A DNA stretch of 64,000 nucleotides. It comes from Tricharina praecox. Lineage: Eukaryota. The translations under genes and the position numbers were made by a program. Numbering within the stretch: position 1 is the stretch's first letter; each line of letters starts with the position of its first letter. The notes under the pieces are model-generated. The model searched no databases, had not been told where the DNA came from, and saw nothing but the letters and a program-made list of their open reading frames with translations. This document shows positions 48,246 to 61,769 of this stretch, piece by piece. Where the stretch lies: assembly GCF_024521635.1 (NCBI RefSeq), contig NW_026250403.1:124001-188000 (forward strand). Reading direction: 5' to 3'.

Positions 48246-51200
48246 ATGGCGGACCACATAGACGTGTTCAGCAACAGCAGCGTGTCCTGGGAGCCGAGGC
48301 AGCTCTCGCAGATGCCCTCACCGAGGCTATACGAAGTCAGAAGCTTCTTCTCCTCGACGCAGCCTGCGTCCGCGCCCACGCGCGGGCTCATGCTGGACGT
48401 GTTCATCAGCAACCTTCCGCACGAGCTGAACCAGCATACGCTGACGCGCGAGCTGGAAATGCCATGCCGGCAAGCGGGGATCTACCAGTACTCGGTATTC
48501 CTGATCCGGAGGCAAGTCGGACGGCGGCCCTCGGCAATCCTGACGCTGCCGACCAAGAGCCTAGCGGACCGCTTCGTCAGCTGCTTCGGCAGCTTGACGC
48601 GCTTCTCGAGGCCGCTGATGCCGCTGCTGATCGGCCGCCAGCCCGTGCAGTGCCGTGCTAGCAACCGTCCCACGCGCGATAATTACCTGGTCAGGAGTCT
48701 GGCGGAGCGACAGAGGGAGATGGAGGCGCAGCAGCAGCGCACGCTGACGGCCCCTGCCGCTGCCATAAAGGATATAAAGAGCTTTCCCATCACGGGGTTC
48801 CAGTGCGGCGCCTGGGCGCCCGAGGCTAGGGATAACAACTTGGTGTTTAACGAGCGGTATACGCTGATGCGCAGTGGGACGTTGCATTTCCGGCCGCGCT
48901 CGGTGCTGATCGAGCTCGACCAGGAGGATTTGGATACAGGGGGGGATGGAGATCCGGATTTTATACATTTTATGGATGATTTCAATGTGGTGAAGCATAC
49001 GCTGCTGGTGCACTACGAGTCCGTGCAGAAGATCGAGACCGACTCACGAGACAACATCTTTTTCACGCTGGACCATGCGCCGAGGATTTACCGCAACAAG
49101 AAGGTCCTCAGCGAGCGCGGCGAGTACCTGAGCCGCGAGAGGATCGGCGGCATCGACGACGCGCACATGGGCTACTCGGGCTTCTCGATGGTGTACAAAG
49201 TCATCCTGCGCAACGCATCGGACCACATCAAAGTCCACCGGCTCGGAAAGAAGGCCGGCATCCCGCCCATCATCCCCCAGGGGATCCTAACGCTGCCGCC
49301 GTCATTGGACTTTTTCACCGCCTTCACTCGTCTCCTCGGCGAGCTGCAACGAATCCCGTTTTGCTCCGCGTTCCAGCTCAACGCCCTCACGTCCAACGGC
49401 ATCCTCCCGCCGGAATGTGTGCTACAGCTGCTTCCGAGGGTGCGCAGGCTGATCGCGGATGTGGGAGATCGTACTGCCGGGGAAATATTGAAGGTGTTCG
49501 TAGTGGAGGATTTCGATTCCTTTGGAAATCTGGATGAATCCTCGCTGCTGTGGACGCTGGATAGGAGGATTGAAGTGACGTCGAGAGTACTCACGCCGCG
49601 TTGGTTTGAGGGTCATGATGCGAAGTACACCACGATGGCGTATGTTCATCGGGCTATGATCACGCCCACTGGAGTGTTCTTTTACGGGCCAAGATGGTAA
49701 CTATAGCAAAACCCGTTTTACTCACAGGTGATCCATACTGATGCTAATGCTACGTACTTAGGGAGGCATCCAACCGCGTGCTCCGCGATTACAGAGAGTA
49801 CCAAGACTACTTCCTGCGGGTCTCCTTCTGCGAGGAAGACGGCGAGCAATTCATGCACGAGCCGCGCGTAACCGCCGACGAGATCCTGAAGGAGCAGTTC
49901 CTTAAGCGGGTCGACCCCGCCCAAGGCGGCCGCATCGTCATCGCCGGCCGCAGCTTCGAATTCCTCGGCTTCTCCAATTCGTCCCTCAAGGCGCAGACAT
50001 GCTGGTTCATGGCGCCGTTTCCGTATCCGGGCGAGGGCGGCATGATGAACGCAAAGAGGTGCATCAAGCGCCTAGGAGACTTCAGCCACATCAGACTGCC
50101 CGGACGGTATGCGGCGAGAGTGGGACAGGCGTTTAGCGATACCATCGGTGCTACGCGGGTAGAGGCGGACCATGAAGTCCGGATTGATGATATCGAGAGG
50201 CTGGATTCAAATGGGAAAAAGAGGAATTTCAGTGATGGCGTGGGGAAGGTGTCGTGGCAGCTGGTGAAACGCATCTGGCAGTGTTCGGGTCGCATCGAGC
50301 AGGCGAAGCCGACTGTGTTCCAGATTCGGTATGCCGGGGCGAAGGGGATGGTGAGTCTGATATCGAAACTGCAGTGAGAGACACCCCGTTAACCTGTGGA
50401 TAGATTGCCCTAGATCCAACTCTCATGGACAATAAACTCTATCTCAGGAATTCGATGGTGAAATTTGAAGGATCCGAGGCCAGGGAGATCGAGATATGTT
50501 CTTGGGCGACACGACTCCCGTTATTCCTCAACCGGCCACTGATAAAAGTGCTCGAAGACCGCGGGGTACCTCCATCACTCCGCCTTCTTGGATCTAGTAC
50601 TGACCCCCCCTATAGGTCACTGCCGATACTTTCAAGTCCCTCCAAGATGACGCACTCCGGCATCTGCGCGATTCCTCCAAGAGTGCCCACCTAGCTGCTA
50701 ACTTCCTTCGTCGTCGGGGAATCAGCTCCCCCGCCCTCAGGCTGCCGTGGCTGTTCGAGCGCCTCCACAACCTCGAGATGGATTTCCGGGACGATCCATT
50801 CCTTGCGCGTGCAATGGAACTGGCTTTCTTGATCGATCTGCGGGATATGAAATACAAGGGGCGTATTCCTGTGCCAGACGGGGTGACCCTGGTGGGGGTT
50901 ATGGACGAGACCAAGTTCCTCGAAGAGGGAGAGATATATATTAGTATGGAGGATGAGGAGGGGAATCCCGAGGTTCATGAGGGGAGGGTGATTATTGCGA
51001 GGAGCCCAGTGCACCATCCAGGTGGCTACCCCCAACTACCTCATTTCTGACACGAACGGGAACTAACCTGCCATGTAGGCGACGTGCAATGCGTCAATTC
51101 CGTCCGGGTCCCACCCAACTCCCCGCTCAAGCTCCTCCGCAATTGCGTAGTCTTCTCGCAGCAAGGCGACCGCCCGCTCCCCTCCATGCTCTCCGGCGGC

Positions 51201-52334
51201 GATCTCGACGGCGATCTCTACAACATAGTCTTCGACCAACGATTCATGCTTTCCGCCGACGAACCCGCCGCCGAATACCCCACCGTCACCCCGCTCGACC
51301 TCGGCCGCCCCGTCGAAGCCACCGACGTCGCAAACTTCTTCATCGGCTTCATCGAGAACAACCTGATCGGGCTGATCTCGAACCGGCACTTGCTGATCTC
51401 GGACCAAGAGCCCGAGGGCGTGTACCACCCCAAAGCACTCACCTGCGCCCTGCTACAGTCCACGATCGTCGACTACCCGAAGACGGGCCTCGGGGTCTCA
51501 AAGGCCGACATCCCACTCGCGAGCCGGGCCAAGCCCGACTTCCTGGCGCCGGGGCCGCGGGTACTGATCTCGAAAGACAAACTCTTGCACGAGCCGGAGC
51601 TCGAAAACGACGAGGACGAGGACACTTTTGTCACCAGCTGGTACGCGTCGGAGAAGATTCTGGGCGTGCTGTACCGCGCCATCAACGAACACGACTTCCT
51701 CTCGGACCTGCGGCACGCGCTCGACTCCTCGACCACTACGGGCCTGCGCCGCCCGCAAGATCTGCTCGCGCGCCTGTGGACCTACTTCCAAGCGCAGCTG
51801 GACGCGATGCGTGTACACACGGACTACGCGCACCACGCGGAGTGGGCCCGCGGCTGCCAAGAGAGATACACCGAGCAGCTGAAATACTACATGAGCGCGT
51901 ACTCGGCGACGCCGTGGAACTCGTCGCTGAGCGAGGCGGAGGTGTTCGTGGGGACGATTGTGGGGCGCGAGCGGCAGACGCGAAGGCAGCGAGAGCTGTC
52001 CAATGTCATGAAGAAGGACTATGATGACCTCGTCACGTTTGTGGTCGGCGAGCTGCGAGGGGATGGTGGCGACGAGGTAATAGATAGGTGCCTGGCTTGT
52101 CTTGACCTCGCCCTGCATGAGGAGGGTGGGGACGAGATCGGCAGCTTTGCGTGGGTCGCGGTGAGTGTGCTGATGCCGGAGGTGGATGTGCTGCAGAAGG
52201 CGAGGGTTGAGACGAGGGCGGAGCAGGTGAGGGCTGAGAAGGCCGAGAGGATGGAGAGGATGGAGAGGAGAAGGCGGGAGGCGGAGAGGACGCTGGCGAG
52301 CTTAACAAGAGATCTAGAGCGGGTGGTGATCTGA
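48246..52334 (+). CDS. Cellular RNA-dependent RNA polymerase of the RNA-silencing type (SAD-1/RRP-3-like architecture)
   Basis: FLRVSFCEED, FEFLGFSNSSLK, AARVGQAFS, FSDGVGKVS, FQIRYAGAKGM, RSPVHHPGD, catalytic LSGGDLDGDLY, VDYPKTG; N-terminal RRM-like segment (DVFISNLP); 4 introns; start could be the later Met near 48390. Confidence 0.95.
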
Positions 52335-52890
52335 GTGGATGGGATATTTTTCGGTGTCATTTGGGCCGGTCTGTTCGTATTTGGGGAAACTACTACTTAG
52401 TACTCTATGTTGAAGCGAATGAAATGCATCTTGTATCCACAACACGAGATATCACTCATCCAGATTCCAGATTCCACATCTGCAAAGTGCCAAGATTAGG
52501 TAGGAGTCAGTCAGTTGTCGATATTCACAGCCAAAGTCCAAAGCCGCCCTCTCCTCACACACAACAGACAGATAAGTAACCACATAAACGAAGCAAACAA
52601 GATGGAGTATAAAAACCAGAAGAAAGCACCGAAAAAAAAAGCCAATAGGTACTAAACAAAAACTAAACACACCTTAAAATCCCAATAGTAGATAGATCAG
52701 AAAGAAAAAGACGAAGAGAGAAAGAAAGAGAGAAAGAATCGAATCGAATGGAAAAGAACGCCAAAACCCCCCACACCCATTCCACCCACCCAGTAGTTTT
52801 TTTTTTGCTGTACAAGTCTCCAGATCAAGTTTACCACCACCCAGCACACGATGCCAGAGCATTAACCGTCCATCCCGTCCTGTGCAAGCC

Positions 52891-54230
52891 TCAATCCACC
52901 AGATCCAGCTCGGACACTTCTAGCCTTGCCTCGTCCTCGCTGACCATGATTCCGATCAGACACTCCTCGAGCATGCCCTCGATGTTGACCCAGGGATGGG
53001 TGGCGTTGAAGAGCTTCGTTCCGTCTTTTCCAGCGGCGCGCAAAAGCTCCTTCTCGCCGCCCGGATGGAACGGGATGTAGGCCGAGATGTTGTACACCTT
53101 GCCATTGAGCGCCATCCAGACGTCGTCCGGGAGGGATTTGTGCTGGGCTAGCTCCGAGGGGGGGATCTTGAGTAACCGGCCGTGAGGGAGTCCCTATATC
53201 GTACCATTGTCAGCCGATGCATCGCGCAGTGCCTGCCGGGGGAAGGGAAGGTGCTAACCCGTAGATCAATTCCTGACTTTTGTAGCCGCGCCCAGTCCAA
53301 CGGCGAGTGTCCAGGCTCCAGTATGACTTTCCGACTCTTGCTGCTGCTACTTCCACCATCACTACCACCACCACCACCACCACCACCACCACCACCACCC
53401 CGTCTCGGCAATGTCAACCCATTCCCCGCGGCGACACCCGAAGCGCCAGCACCAACAACCTGCAGCCTCGACCTGGCCGCACCATTCGGATTCGGCGGTG
53501 CAGGACGCGACCAGGTCGACGGATTCTGCATCTTCGGATTCCGATTCGGCACTGGGGGAGGCGGCATATTCCTATTCGGGATAGGCGGGGGCGGCATTCC
53601 CAGACTCGACCTCACACCTCCTCCACCACCACCAGCCCGCTGCGCCGAGTTCAACGCCGGAAACGCCGGCGGCGTCATATCGTCCTCGTCATCGGCATCG
53701 TCGAGTGAGATGCGCAGGATTGCTGCTGCGGCCGAGGGGCGGACGGGCCGGGCGCGCGGCGTGGTGTCGGGCGACCCCTTCTCCTCCTCCTGCTCCTCCT
53801 TCCTTTCGGCGGATAGACGCGCGTCCGTCTGCTCGGATGTCGTGGTGTGGATGTCGGGGACGATGCACGCGGCGCCGTTGACAGCAGTGGTACCGCCGCC
53901 GCGAAGCCTCGCCAGCTCCGACGATGACTCGGAAAAGCTCGATTGGGACTGCCTCAGGATGGTCGAGAAGAACGGCCACATCGAGAGAGTGGACTTGCTG
54001 GAGGTAGTCGTCGTCGTCGATGAGGAAGAGGAAGAGGAAGAGGAAGGTGATGCTGCATCGATATCCGATACGGCGGTGGTAGGTCTACCGACGCCGACGC
54101 CGACGCCTCTGGCCCGACCCGCAACGGCACCACCACCTCCACCACCACCCGTCGTATCTGCATATGTGTATAGATGTCGATAGGCGAGGTAAGAGAACAC
54201 AGCGAGAACGACCGACACGCCGACGAACAT
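52891..54230 (-). CDS. Cytochrome b5-like heme-binding protein (Irc21-like) with N-terminal anchor and disordered linker
   Basis: RKVILEPGHSPLDWARL then, after one intron, WMALNGKVYNISAYIPFHPGG..DGTKLFNATHPWVN..MLEECLIG. Confidence 0.88.
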
Positions 54231-55597
54231 GATTATTATTTCCGGCCTGGCCACACACACACACACACACACACACAGTGCACAGTACACACACACACAC
54301 GCTCACACGCGCAACTGCAAACGCAACACGCACACAGCTATAGACGCTCCGCAAGCTTTTTTTCCACCCTTTGTCCCGCCGCCGGGGGTGCTTGCAACCA
54401 AAAAGTAAGTCGCGCGAGAGCGCGTTCAGTTCTTTCCGGAAAGCCTAGCCTCTTTTTGTTTTTTTTTATATTATTTCTTCCGCCCTTTTCTGCCACGCTG
54501 GGGGTGGTGGTGGTGGCGGTGGGGAGGGGGGCCAGAAACAATTTGGCTGTGCTGTTGGGGCTGAACGGCCAGGCGACGTAGATAGGCGCGGAGGAGGAGG
54601 GGAGGGGTGCGAGGTGCGGGAATGAGGTGAGTTGGAGGAGTTATCGTACGATTTCTGGGAGTCGATAGAGAGAAAGGTGTGAGGAGTTTTGCAAAGGGCT
54701 GGCGGGCGGGCGGGAAAATGAGTGGAGGTGGACTAATAATGGGGGTGGACAGGGGGTTTAGTGGTCACTGGTGGGTGATGGAATCTGGATTACTTAAAGT
54801 AGAGAGCAGGGGGCGATTTCATAGAGGGAAGGAAGGAAGGAAGGAACGGATGCGAGATGGTGACGATTGGGGGGGAAGGGGGAGGGGAGGGGAGGGGAGT
54901 CGCGACTCGCTGTTGGTTGGTGGGTGCATAAATGGGGGCATTATTATTATCATTAAAATCCCTTTTTATTTCTTGATTTGCCTTTTTCTTTTTCCCTTTT
55001 CTTTTTCTTTTTCTTTTTCTCAGCTCTCTTTGAGCTCGCACCCACAGCTCCAGTGCTCCACAAAAGGGATTTCCTGCACATTTCCTTCAACTAGACACCA
55101 CCAGTCTCTGGGATCCGCTTCCAAACCCCGGAATGCGGACGGCTGTGTTTCCGGCACCCCACTGCCACTCCCTCCGTCCTTCTATGTAGAAAACCCGCAG
55201 GCCGTCACGCCTCGAGCAACACTCCTACCGCATGTGCTATAGATATGCGGGCAGCAGTCACCGGATAAAGCATTCGTCCAGACAATCCGTGACTGCATGG
55301 AATTCCAGACCGATATGATCACCACCGATCCACGAGGCCGCGGAAGGAAGCAGCCGCACGTATGTAGGCAAGTACGGTAAGTGGGCACTTGCTTGGTTAA
55401 CGCAGATGGCTCCCCCCGTCTACCGGCGCCAAATGAGCCGACCCGACAACGGCGCCAAGCCCCACCAAAATCTTTGACTTGAGCCTCACACAGCAACACC
55501 CTCAATCCCCACCAACGCGAGCCACCCCACCACCCCGCCATCCCCCTACGACGACCACACTCCTCCTCCTCCACGACACAGCACACCACAACCGACC

Positions 55598-56065
55598 ATG
55601 TCCCTCGTCAACCTCGCGCACGTCTGCTCGCACCTTCAAAACGCGACCAAAGCCCGCCTCGGTGTGACCAGCGTTCCCAGCACAAAGCTGATCCTAGCAA
55701 TCGCGCTGGGCCTCCAAGACGCGGGATTCATCTCCTCAGTGACCCGAGGATCAATCAGCGGACCCGACGAGACATTCGTGCCGACGACACAGGAGAACGT
55801 TGCGACGCGACGACTCTGGCTCGGGCTGAAGTACTTCGACAATGAGCCCGTCATGAGCAAGCTCAGCCTTGTATCGAAGCCCACGCAGCGCATCTGGATG
55901 GGCGTTAAGGGCCTCGAGGAGATTGCGAAGGGACGGAAGTACCAGTATGTGGACGGCTTGCAGCCGGGGGAGGCGCTGTTCTTGAGTACCGAGAAGGGCA
56001 TCTTTGAGGTGCGCGATGCCATTGAGAGGATGATTGGCGGGCAGTTGTTGGTGAGGGTTCGGTAG
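55598..56065 (+). CDS. MRPS8: Mitochondrial ribosomal protein S8 (uS8m)
   Basis: MSLVNLAHVCSHLQNA.KARLG, TQENVATRRLWLGLKY, LVSKPT.RIW, IGGQLL.RV. Confidence 0.95.
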   Translation: MSLVNLAHVCSHLQNATKARLGVTSVPSTKLILAIALGLQDAGFISSVTRGSISGPDETFVPTTQENVATRRLWLGLKYFDNEPVMSKLSLVSKPTQRIWMGVKGLEEIAKGRKYQYVDGLQPGEALFLSTEKGIFEVRDAIERMIGGQLLVRVR

Positions 56066-56855
56066 ATGGATTGTGTGGATGCGGGGAGGAGGGGAGGGAG
56101 CGGGGAGGGGAGGAGGACTGTAGGATATATCCATCTAGAGGGAGAGGAGGAGGAAGGGTTGGTTGTGTACAGACAAAAGGTCAAGTTTTGTTACATTCAA
56201 GATTTGACCCGGGGATTTTTGTTAGGCGGCTGTCCGCCAGATCTCGGATTTCTCTTTACACCTCTCGGATGAGCTGCATGTACCCATTTCCGACCGGCCC
56301 CGCCCGGCTGGTAGAAACTATCGCGGTTCACAGGACATCACCATTGGCACTAGTCAAACAAGATCTCTCAATGCAACTACGAAATAGTAAAGAAGGAGGA
56401 AAGGACAGAAACGGAAAGAAAACGAGAAGCTACAGCGTGGATGCGTATGCTACAGCTTTGACGACTGCATCGTCCACGTAACAAGCCAAGTAAAGCCAAG
56501 TAAAGCCAGAAACGAAAGAAAACATTTCGCACAAGCTTCAAAGCAAATTGATGAACCAAAGCGAGCATAACCCTCATCAGCAGCCCCGCACCGAAAGACG
56601 TTCCACATCATCCCAAGCTCGGACAGCTAACACGGGCAAGAGCCTCCCCGAAAGAAACACAGGTAAGGATGATGTCCAGACAACCACGACAATGCCGCAC
56701 TAGTAGTTTTGTATATGATTGTGCGAGGAGCATTCAAATGGGGGGCGCATCAGTGATATCGCATCGTTCAGCAAGTTGGCTGTCGCGTTAGATGGGTTGA
56801 TTCGTATTCGAGGTGGGTCGGTGGTATTGCCACAGTGGCATGGAATAGTAGTCAA

Positions 56856-57970
56856 TCATGGTTCCCAGAGCTTGCCGCGTCCCCTAGCAACGCCCCTCGG
56901 GGGGCCCCTAAGGACAAAGTCGGGAGGGTTCGAGTCTCTCGGAGATCTTCCGCGTCCGCCGCCACCGCCGAATCCGTTGGGAGAGATGGGGGATCTCGGC
57001 TCCTCGTCTTTCCAGCTGTCGCGCCTGGCAAACCCGCCTCCCCCACGGCCTCCACGGGAACTGCCCATCCCCCCGCCGCGTCCGCCCCTTCCGCCTCCAG
57101 GCGACGCCGGCGAGCGAGGGTTGTTCATCGCGAAGTCGTAGTGGCGCCTCTTCTCCATGTACTCCATCTCCTCGCGCTTGACCAGTCCGGCGATCTCGCC
57201 ACTCCTCGCGGTGGGAACACCATACAGCTCTGCCCAATCCCTCAGGATCTCATCATTCGTAACCAGGAGCACCTTCTGCTGCTGCTGGTCTCCCGCCGCA
57301 CCCTTAACCACGAATCGGTTCACGTGGTAAACTGCGCTGTTGAGCAGCTCCTTGATATGGTTTGGCGGCTGCTGGAGTTCCGGATCGGTGGCGGCGGCGC
57401 TGCCAGCGCACGCGGCAAGACACTCCTCCCAGCTGCTAAATTTCTCGGTCGGGCCTTGGATCCGCACGCCAGTGATCTGCTTGCGCCCCGCGGCCGTCTG
57501 CGCTCGGTCAAAGAACCGGATCGACTCGCGCGCGTGGATGTTGGCGTTTTCGGTGCCCTTTTTGAGGCGGTCTAGGGAATCGAGAGCTACATTGTACCAG
57601 TACCAGTTTAGCCACCGCGGGGGCCGCAAGGATAGGATAAGGAGGGGAAATTTACTCGCGAATGGCACAATCATGGTGATGCTCTTGTCCGCGACGAACC
57701 GCTTGAGTTCGGGGATGTTGGCGGTGAGTGCCGTGTCGTCGCATACGCAGTAGAGGGCCTTGCGGGTGGGCGCCACGAGCGTGCGGTCTTGGTCGACTTG
57801 GGTTTGCAGCTCGTTAACGGTATGCTGCAGACGAGCTACTGCCAAGCGCTCCAGCTGTGTGGGTTTACGATGGTCAGCTTTGTCTTGTCTTGGGTGATGG
57901 TGGGGAAGGAAGCCTCAGCCGCCCGGCAAAAACGCACAAAGGTGGTGTTGGATGATGTATTCGACTGCAT
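56856..57970 (-). CDS. PIN-domain protein with RGG-rich tail (Nmd4/Smg5-6/Swt1-type PIN_4 group)
   Basis: YCVCDDTAL..MIVP..TLDSLDRLKKG..ARESIRFFD..VLLVTND pattern; GGRGGRGG tail ending RGRGKLWEP; two introns; probable ATG at 57970. Confidence 0.8.
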
Positions 57971-58909
57971 TCTCGGTCATGTTTCGAGGTACACGGCCCG
58001 CTATGGTGGGTTGGTGTTCTGGAGAATTGGGTTACTTTATACGTAGTCCGGTCCTTTACTGCTCGCCGAGAATAGCGAACGAGAGGGGAAGGGAGTTGGC
58101 GGAGGTGGAGATGGTGATGGTGGAATGTGTGGTGGGGAGGTTGAAAGAAAGAAGAGCTTGCAGGAACGAATCATGTGTACTATGGGACCAGCATCGTATC
58201 GGAGTCATCCATGCGGAGCTACCTTAACTGAGTGCGAGGGAGTAGGGTTATTTTCAACCTTGGAAGCCCAACATCTCGGCTCCGTCTCAACCTTATGCAG
58301 TAAGGACAGTCTATGGCCGCGCACAGTGTGTTTGAGGACTGGGCCACGATTCTAGAAAGAAGGACCGCTTTCTCGCAGTTTTCCTTCTAGAAACACGACC
58401 ACGACCTCCATTGCGGCCGTGAATGCGGCGGAGCCGCGACACGCCGAGACTCCAGCTAAACCCGCAAACTCGCAATATATATACTCGACCTTAACTTCGC
58501 CTCATGTGATGGCTATAATTACGGCATCTGTAGGTAAGGAGGTATACTTTTAAGGGCTTGATTTGAGCCCATGCTAAATGAAGTAGGTGGGTGGTATTAC
58601 AGTCATAGATATCACGATCCTCGCCATGAGAATTGTGCGGCTGATGAATAACCTGGTAAAGCTCATCGGCAGATCCGTGGAAGAGTCACTTAGCACATGT
58701 CTCCGGTTCATGCTAGACTAGGTATTCCCGACAGCTTCATCAATCTAGACTGCCATCGGCGAAAGTTGAAAAACTGAATTCACCAAGTGATCGTGAATCA
58801 TATATCGTCACTCTTCGTTTTCGGTGAAAACCAGTGCAGTATACGAGGCGGCGAAATACTCAAGCTTTACCAATGATTTGAAGAATATAGCAATGATTTG
58901 AAGAATAGT

Positions 58910-60134
58910 CTAGTCCAAATAACAAAAGTTTGTGCCCGGATATCTCGCTGACAGTGATTCCCGGTATGCATCCTCGTCTTCAACTTCCTGCTCCACCGCC
59001 TCCTCCGCCCCCTCCACCGCCTCCTCCTTGGGTAGGTCCGTTTCACTAGCCACAGCCTCACTCAACGCTTCCGCATCTCCCTCCTCCTCCTCTTCCACCT
59101 TCGGCTGCGGAGTTGGATCATCAACACGTCTACTCATCGTATTCTTCATGATCGTGGCTTCCTCCTCCTCGGCGGCAGTGATAATCCTGGAAACGACCTC
59201 ACTCATTGTCTTCGCATCTTCCCTCTCCCCCTCCCTCTCTCTCTCCCTCTCCCTCTCCGTCTCCGTCTCTCGCACCACATCGCTCGCGATGACAACAGGA
59301 CTCTGCATAACCACTGCCCTCGTCTCTGTCCCAATCGACACACTGCTCTCTGTCCCCTTGCCTGCCTTGACCGCCAATCCCACAGACCCTGCAACAAACC
59401 ACCACGTAGTCTTCATCGGCCAAACCACTAACAGCCAGATCGGGCCCCAGAACAACCTCCTAACGACAATCCACACCAACATGCCAATGAGCATCTTGAT
59501 CGCCATCTCATAATACCACCGATCACTCTTATTCTTCTTGACCAAATCCCTGATGAGCTCCCTACTCTTTCCCAGCACATCATCAAACGCCGAGTACCTC
59601 TCACCGAGCTCCCTCAATGCCTCGGTACTCTGCGCCAGCGTTTCACTCGCGAACCGACTTTTCTGCAGCTCACCCGCGAGTAGCGCCTGAGTACGGCGGA
59701 GGGCGGCGGTAACATCCTCCCCCGCGGTCACCAGCAGTTCTTTCTGCGAGACGTCCTCATTTCCCTTTTCGTCGCGCCTTCGGCGGCCGGCGAACAGAGC
59801 TTCGCGCTCCTCGTTGCGCTTTGCGGCGAGCAGCGCTTTGCGGTACGCCCGCCGCGCGATTCGCAGGTCTTCGCCCACCTTGGCCGTGTGCGAGGAGGGC
59901 GCGCTGTCCGCAAGTGCTTCGTATAGGCCTTCGGCGGTGCGGAGCGTGTGGTGGATTTGCTGTGAGAGGACGGTCCGCGAGGATTCGGAGCTGAGTTTGC
60001 TAAGTTGCGATATTTGCGACATGCACTGCTAGCTGTCAGTGGCCGGATACTGAGGTGGGTGGGGGGAAAGCTACTTCTTTGTGTGTAGCCGACAGCGAGG
60101 ATAGCTGCTCGGAGAGGGAGATTATGTCTGCCAT
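58910..60134 (-). CDS. SEC20: ER t-SNARE Sec20
   Basis: EREALF, DVTAALRRTQALLAGELQKSRFASETL..ST..L.EL..RY..LGKSRELIRDLVKKNKSD followed by a TM segment ending RRL; one 5' intron. Confidence 0.9.
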
Positions 60135-60623
60135 TGCTGCGTAAGTTGGAGGTGGAAACGTTCAGTGAAGTTGGAGCTGTAGCTGCATTGTAGGTGAGAG
60201 GCTCTGGTAAATGTAAAGTGGCATCAATAGGCTTGGCACCAATGACGTTAGTCGAGGCGATCCACGGTGGAAGCATCAATGGCTCCTCGAGTTATATATA
60301 CGCAGCCGGCTCACCGAACTGAATTGCGCCTATTGGCAGCCATGCAGTGTCACTACCCCTCATTCCACCTAGCCCTCGGCGAGATTCTCGGCGAGATTCT
60401 CCCGCTCACGCTCGTGGCAACAACAGCTAAACATCCGGAACCAGACAAACAGATTTGCCGTCAACCATGGGCGTGAAAAATGCGAGTGGCTTTGAATGAC
60501 TGCTGCTAACGTAGCAGGACTTGGCAGCGACGCCGTGTAACCAACACCGGGATGTAGCTGACAGCTGCCCCACCATCGTCTGCATAGAAGCTCGCCTTCA
60601 CCGACTCAATCCACACAGCCCTA

Positions 60624-61769
60624 ATGTCGCTCCCCCGACTCCTCCGCGCCTCGAAATCCTCCCCGCTGCCCTTCTCCCGCCCCTTCACCGCCATGTCCAC
60701 TCGCAGCCTCAGCCGCTTCATTGTCAACCCCACCGAGCTCTCCACAGCGCTGCACAACCCCCCACGCAACTCCAAAATCATCCCGCTCTCCGCCGAATGG
60801 TACCTACCCAACGATTCACGCAAGGGCCGCGCCGAATTCCTCAAGCTGCGGATCCCCGGCGCGCGGTTCTTCGATCTCGATGCTGTCAAGGGCGACTCGC
60901 CATATCCGCACATGCTCCCTGATCCCCAGACCTTTGCCAACGCCATGAGCGAGCTCGGGATCACCAGGGAGGATACGCTCGTCGTTTATGATTCCCCGCA
61001 TATCGGTATATTCTCGGCTCCGCGCGTCGCGTGGACACTAAAGGTCTTCGGGCACCCCAGGGTGCATCTGCTCAATAACTTCAAGTTGTGGGCGGCCCAG
61101 GGACTGCCGACGGAGAGTGGGGAGGTGAAAGAGTGGGAGAAGACGGAGTACGCTGTGCCACAGATGGATTACAGTGTGGTTGTCGACTTTGAGGAGATGG
61201 TGACGCATGCGGAGATGGGGACTAAGGAGGGGGTGGAGATTATCGATGCAAGGCCGAACGGGCGGTTCCTTGGAATCGATCCGGAGCCGAGACCAGGTTT
61301 GGGGCCCCATGGAGTGGTGGTGGGATGGATTAAGGCTGAGACTTGTGCATAGGGCTTTCATCGGGGCATGTTCCAGGTACGGCTCAACTACCGCTTCTGC
61401 GAACTACTCCGCTAATGTCGCCTACTCTCAGGCGCGGTCTCGATTCCATTCAGTGAGCTGGTGGATCCTGTAACGAAAACCCTCAAGACTGCGGCAGAGC
61501 TGCACACTCTCTTCCTCGAGAAGGGAATCGATGCGTCGGCGAAGACCGACAAGATCTTGATGTGCGGGACGGGTGTCACTGCGGTTATTGTGGATGCTGC
61601 GTTGGAGCTGGCGGGTATCGAGGGGAAAAGGAGGATCTATGATGGATCGTGGACGTGAGGCTCCCTAGTGTCTATGGTCTGTGCGAGCGTGTGATGGCTG
61701 ACTTGGAATAGTGAATGGGCCCAGCGGGTTGACGAGAAGTCTGGCTTGATCGTCAAGAAGCCGCAGTAA
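60624..61769 (+). CDS. TUM1: 3-mercaptopyruvate/thiosulfate sulfurtransferase (two rhodanese domains)
   Basis: RIPGARFFDLD..PYPHMLP, FSAPRVAW, IDARPNGRF.G.DPEPR, active-site CGTGVTA, YDGSWTEW; three introns. Confidence 0.93.

Noticed and set aside
48246-52334. Endogenous viral RdRp
   Set aside because: Has spliceosomal introns and the cellular DLDGD motif rather than viral GDD palm motifs.
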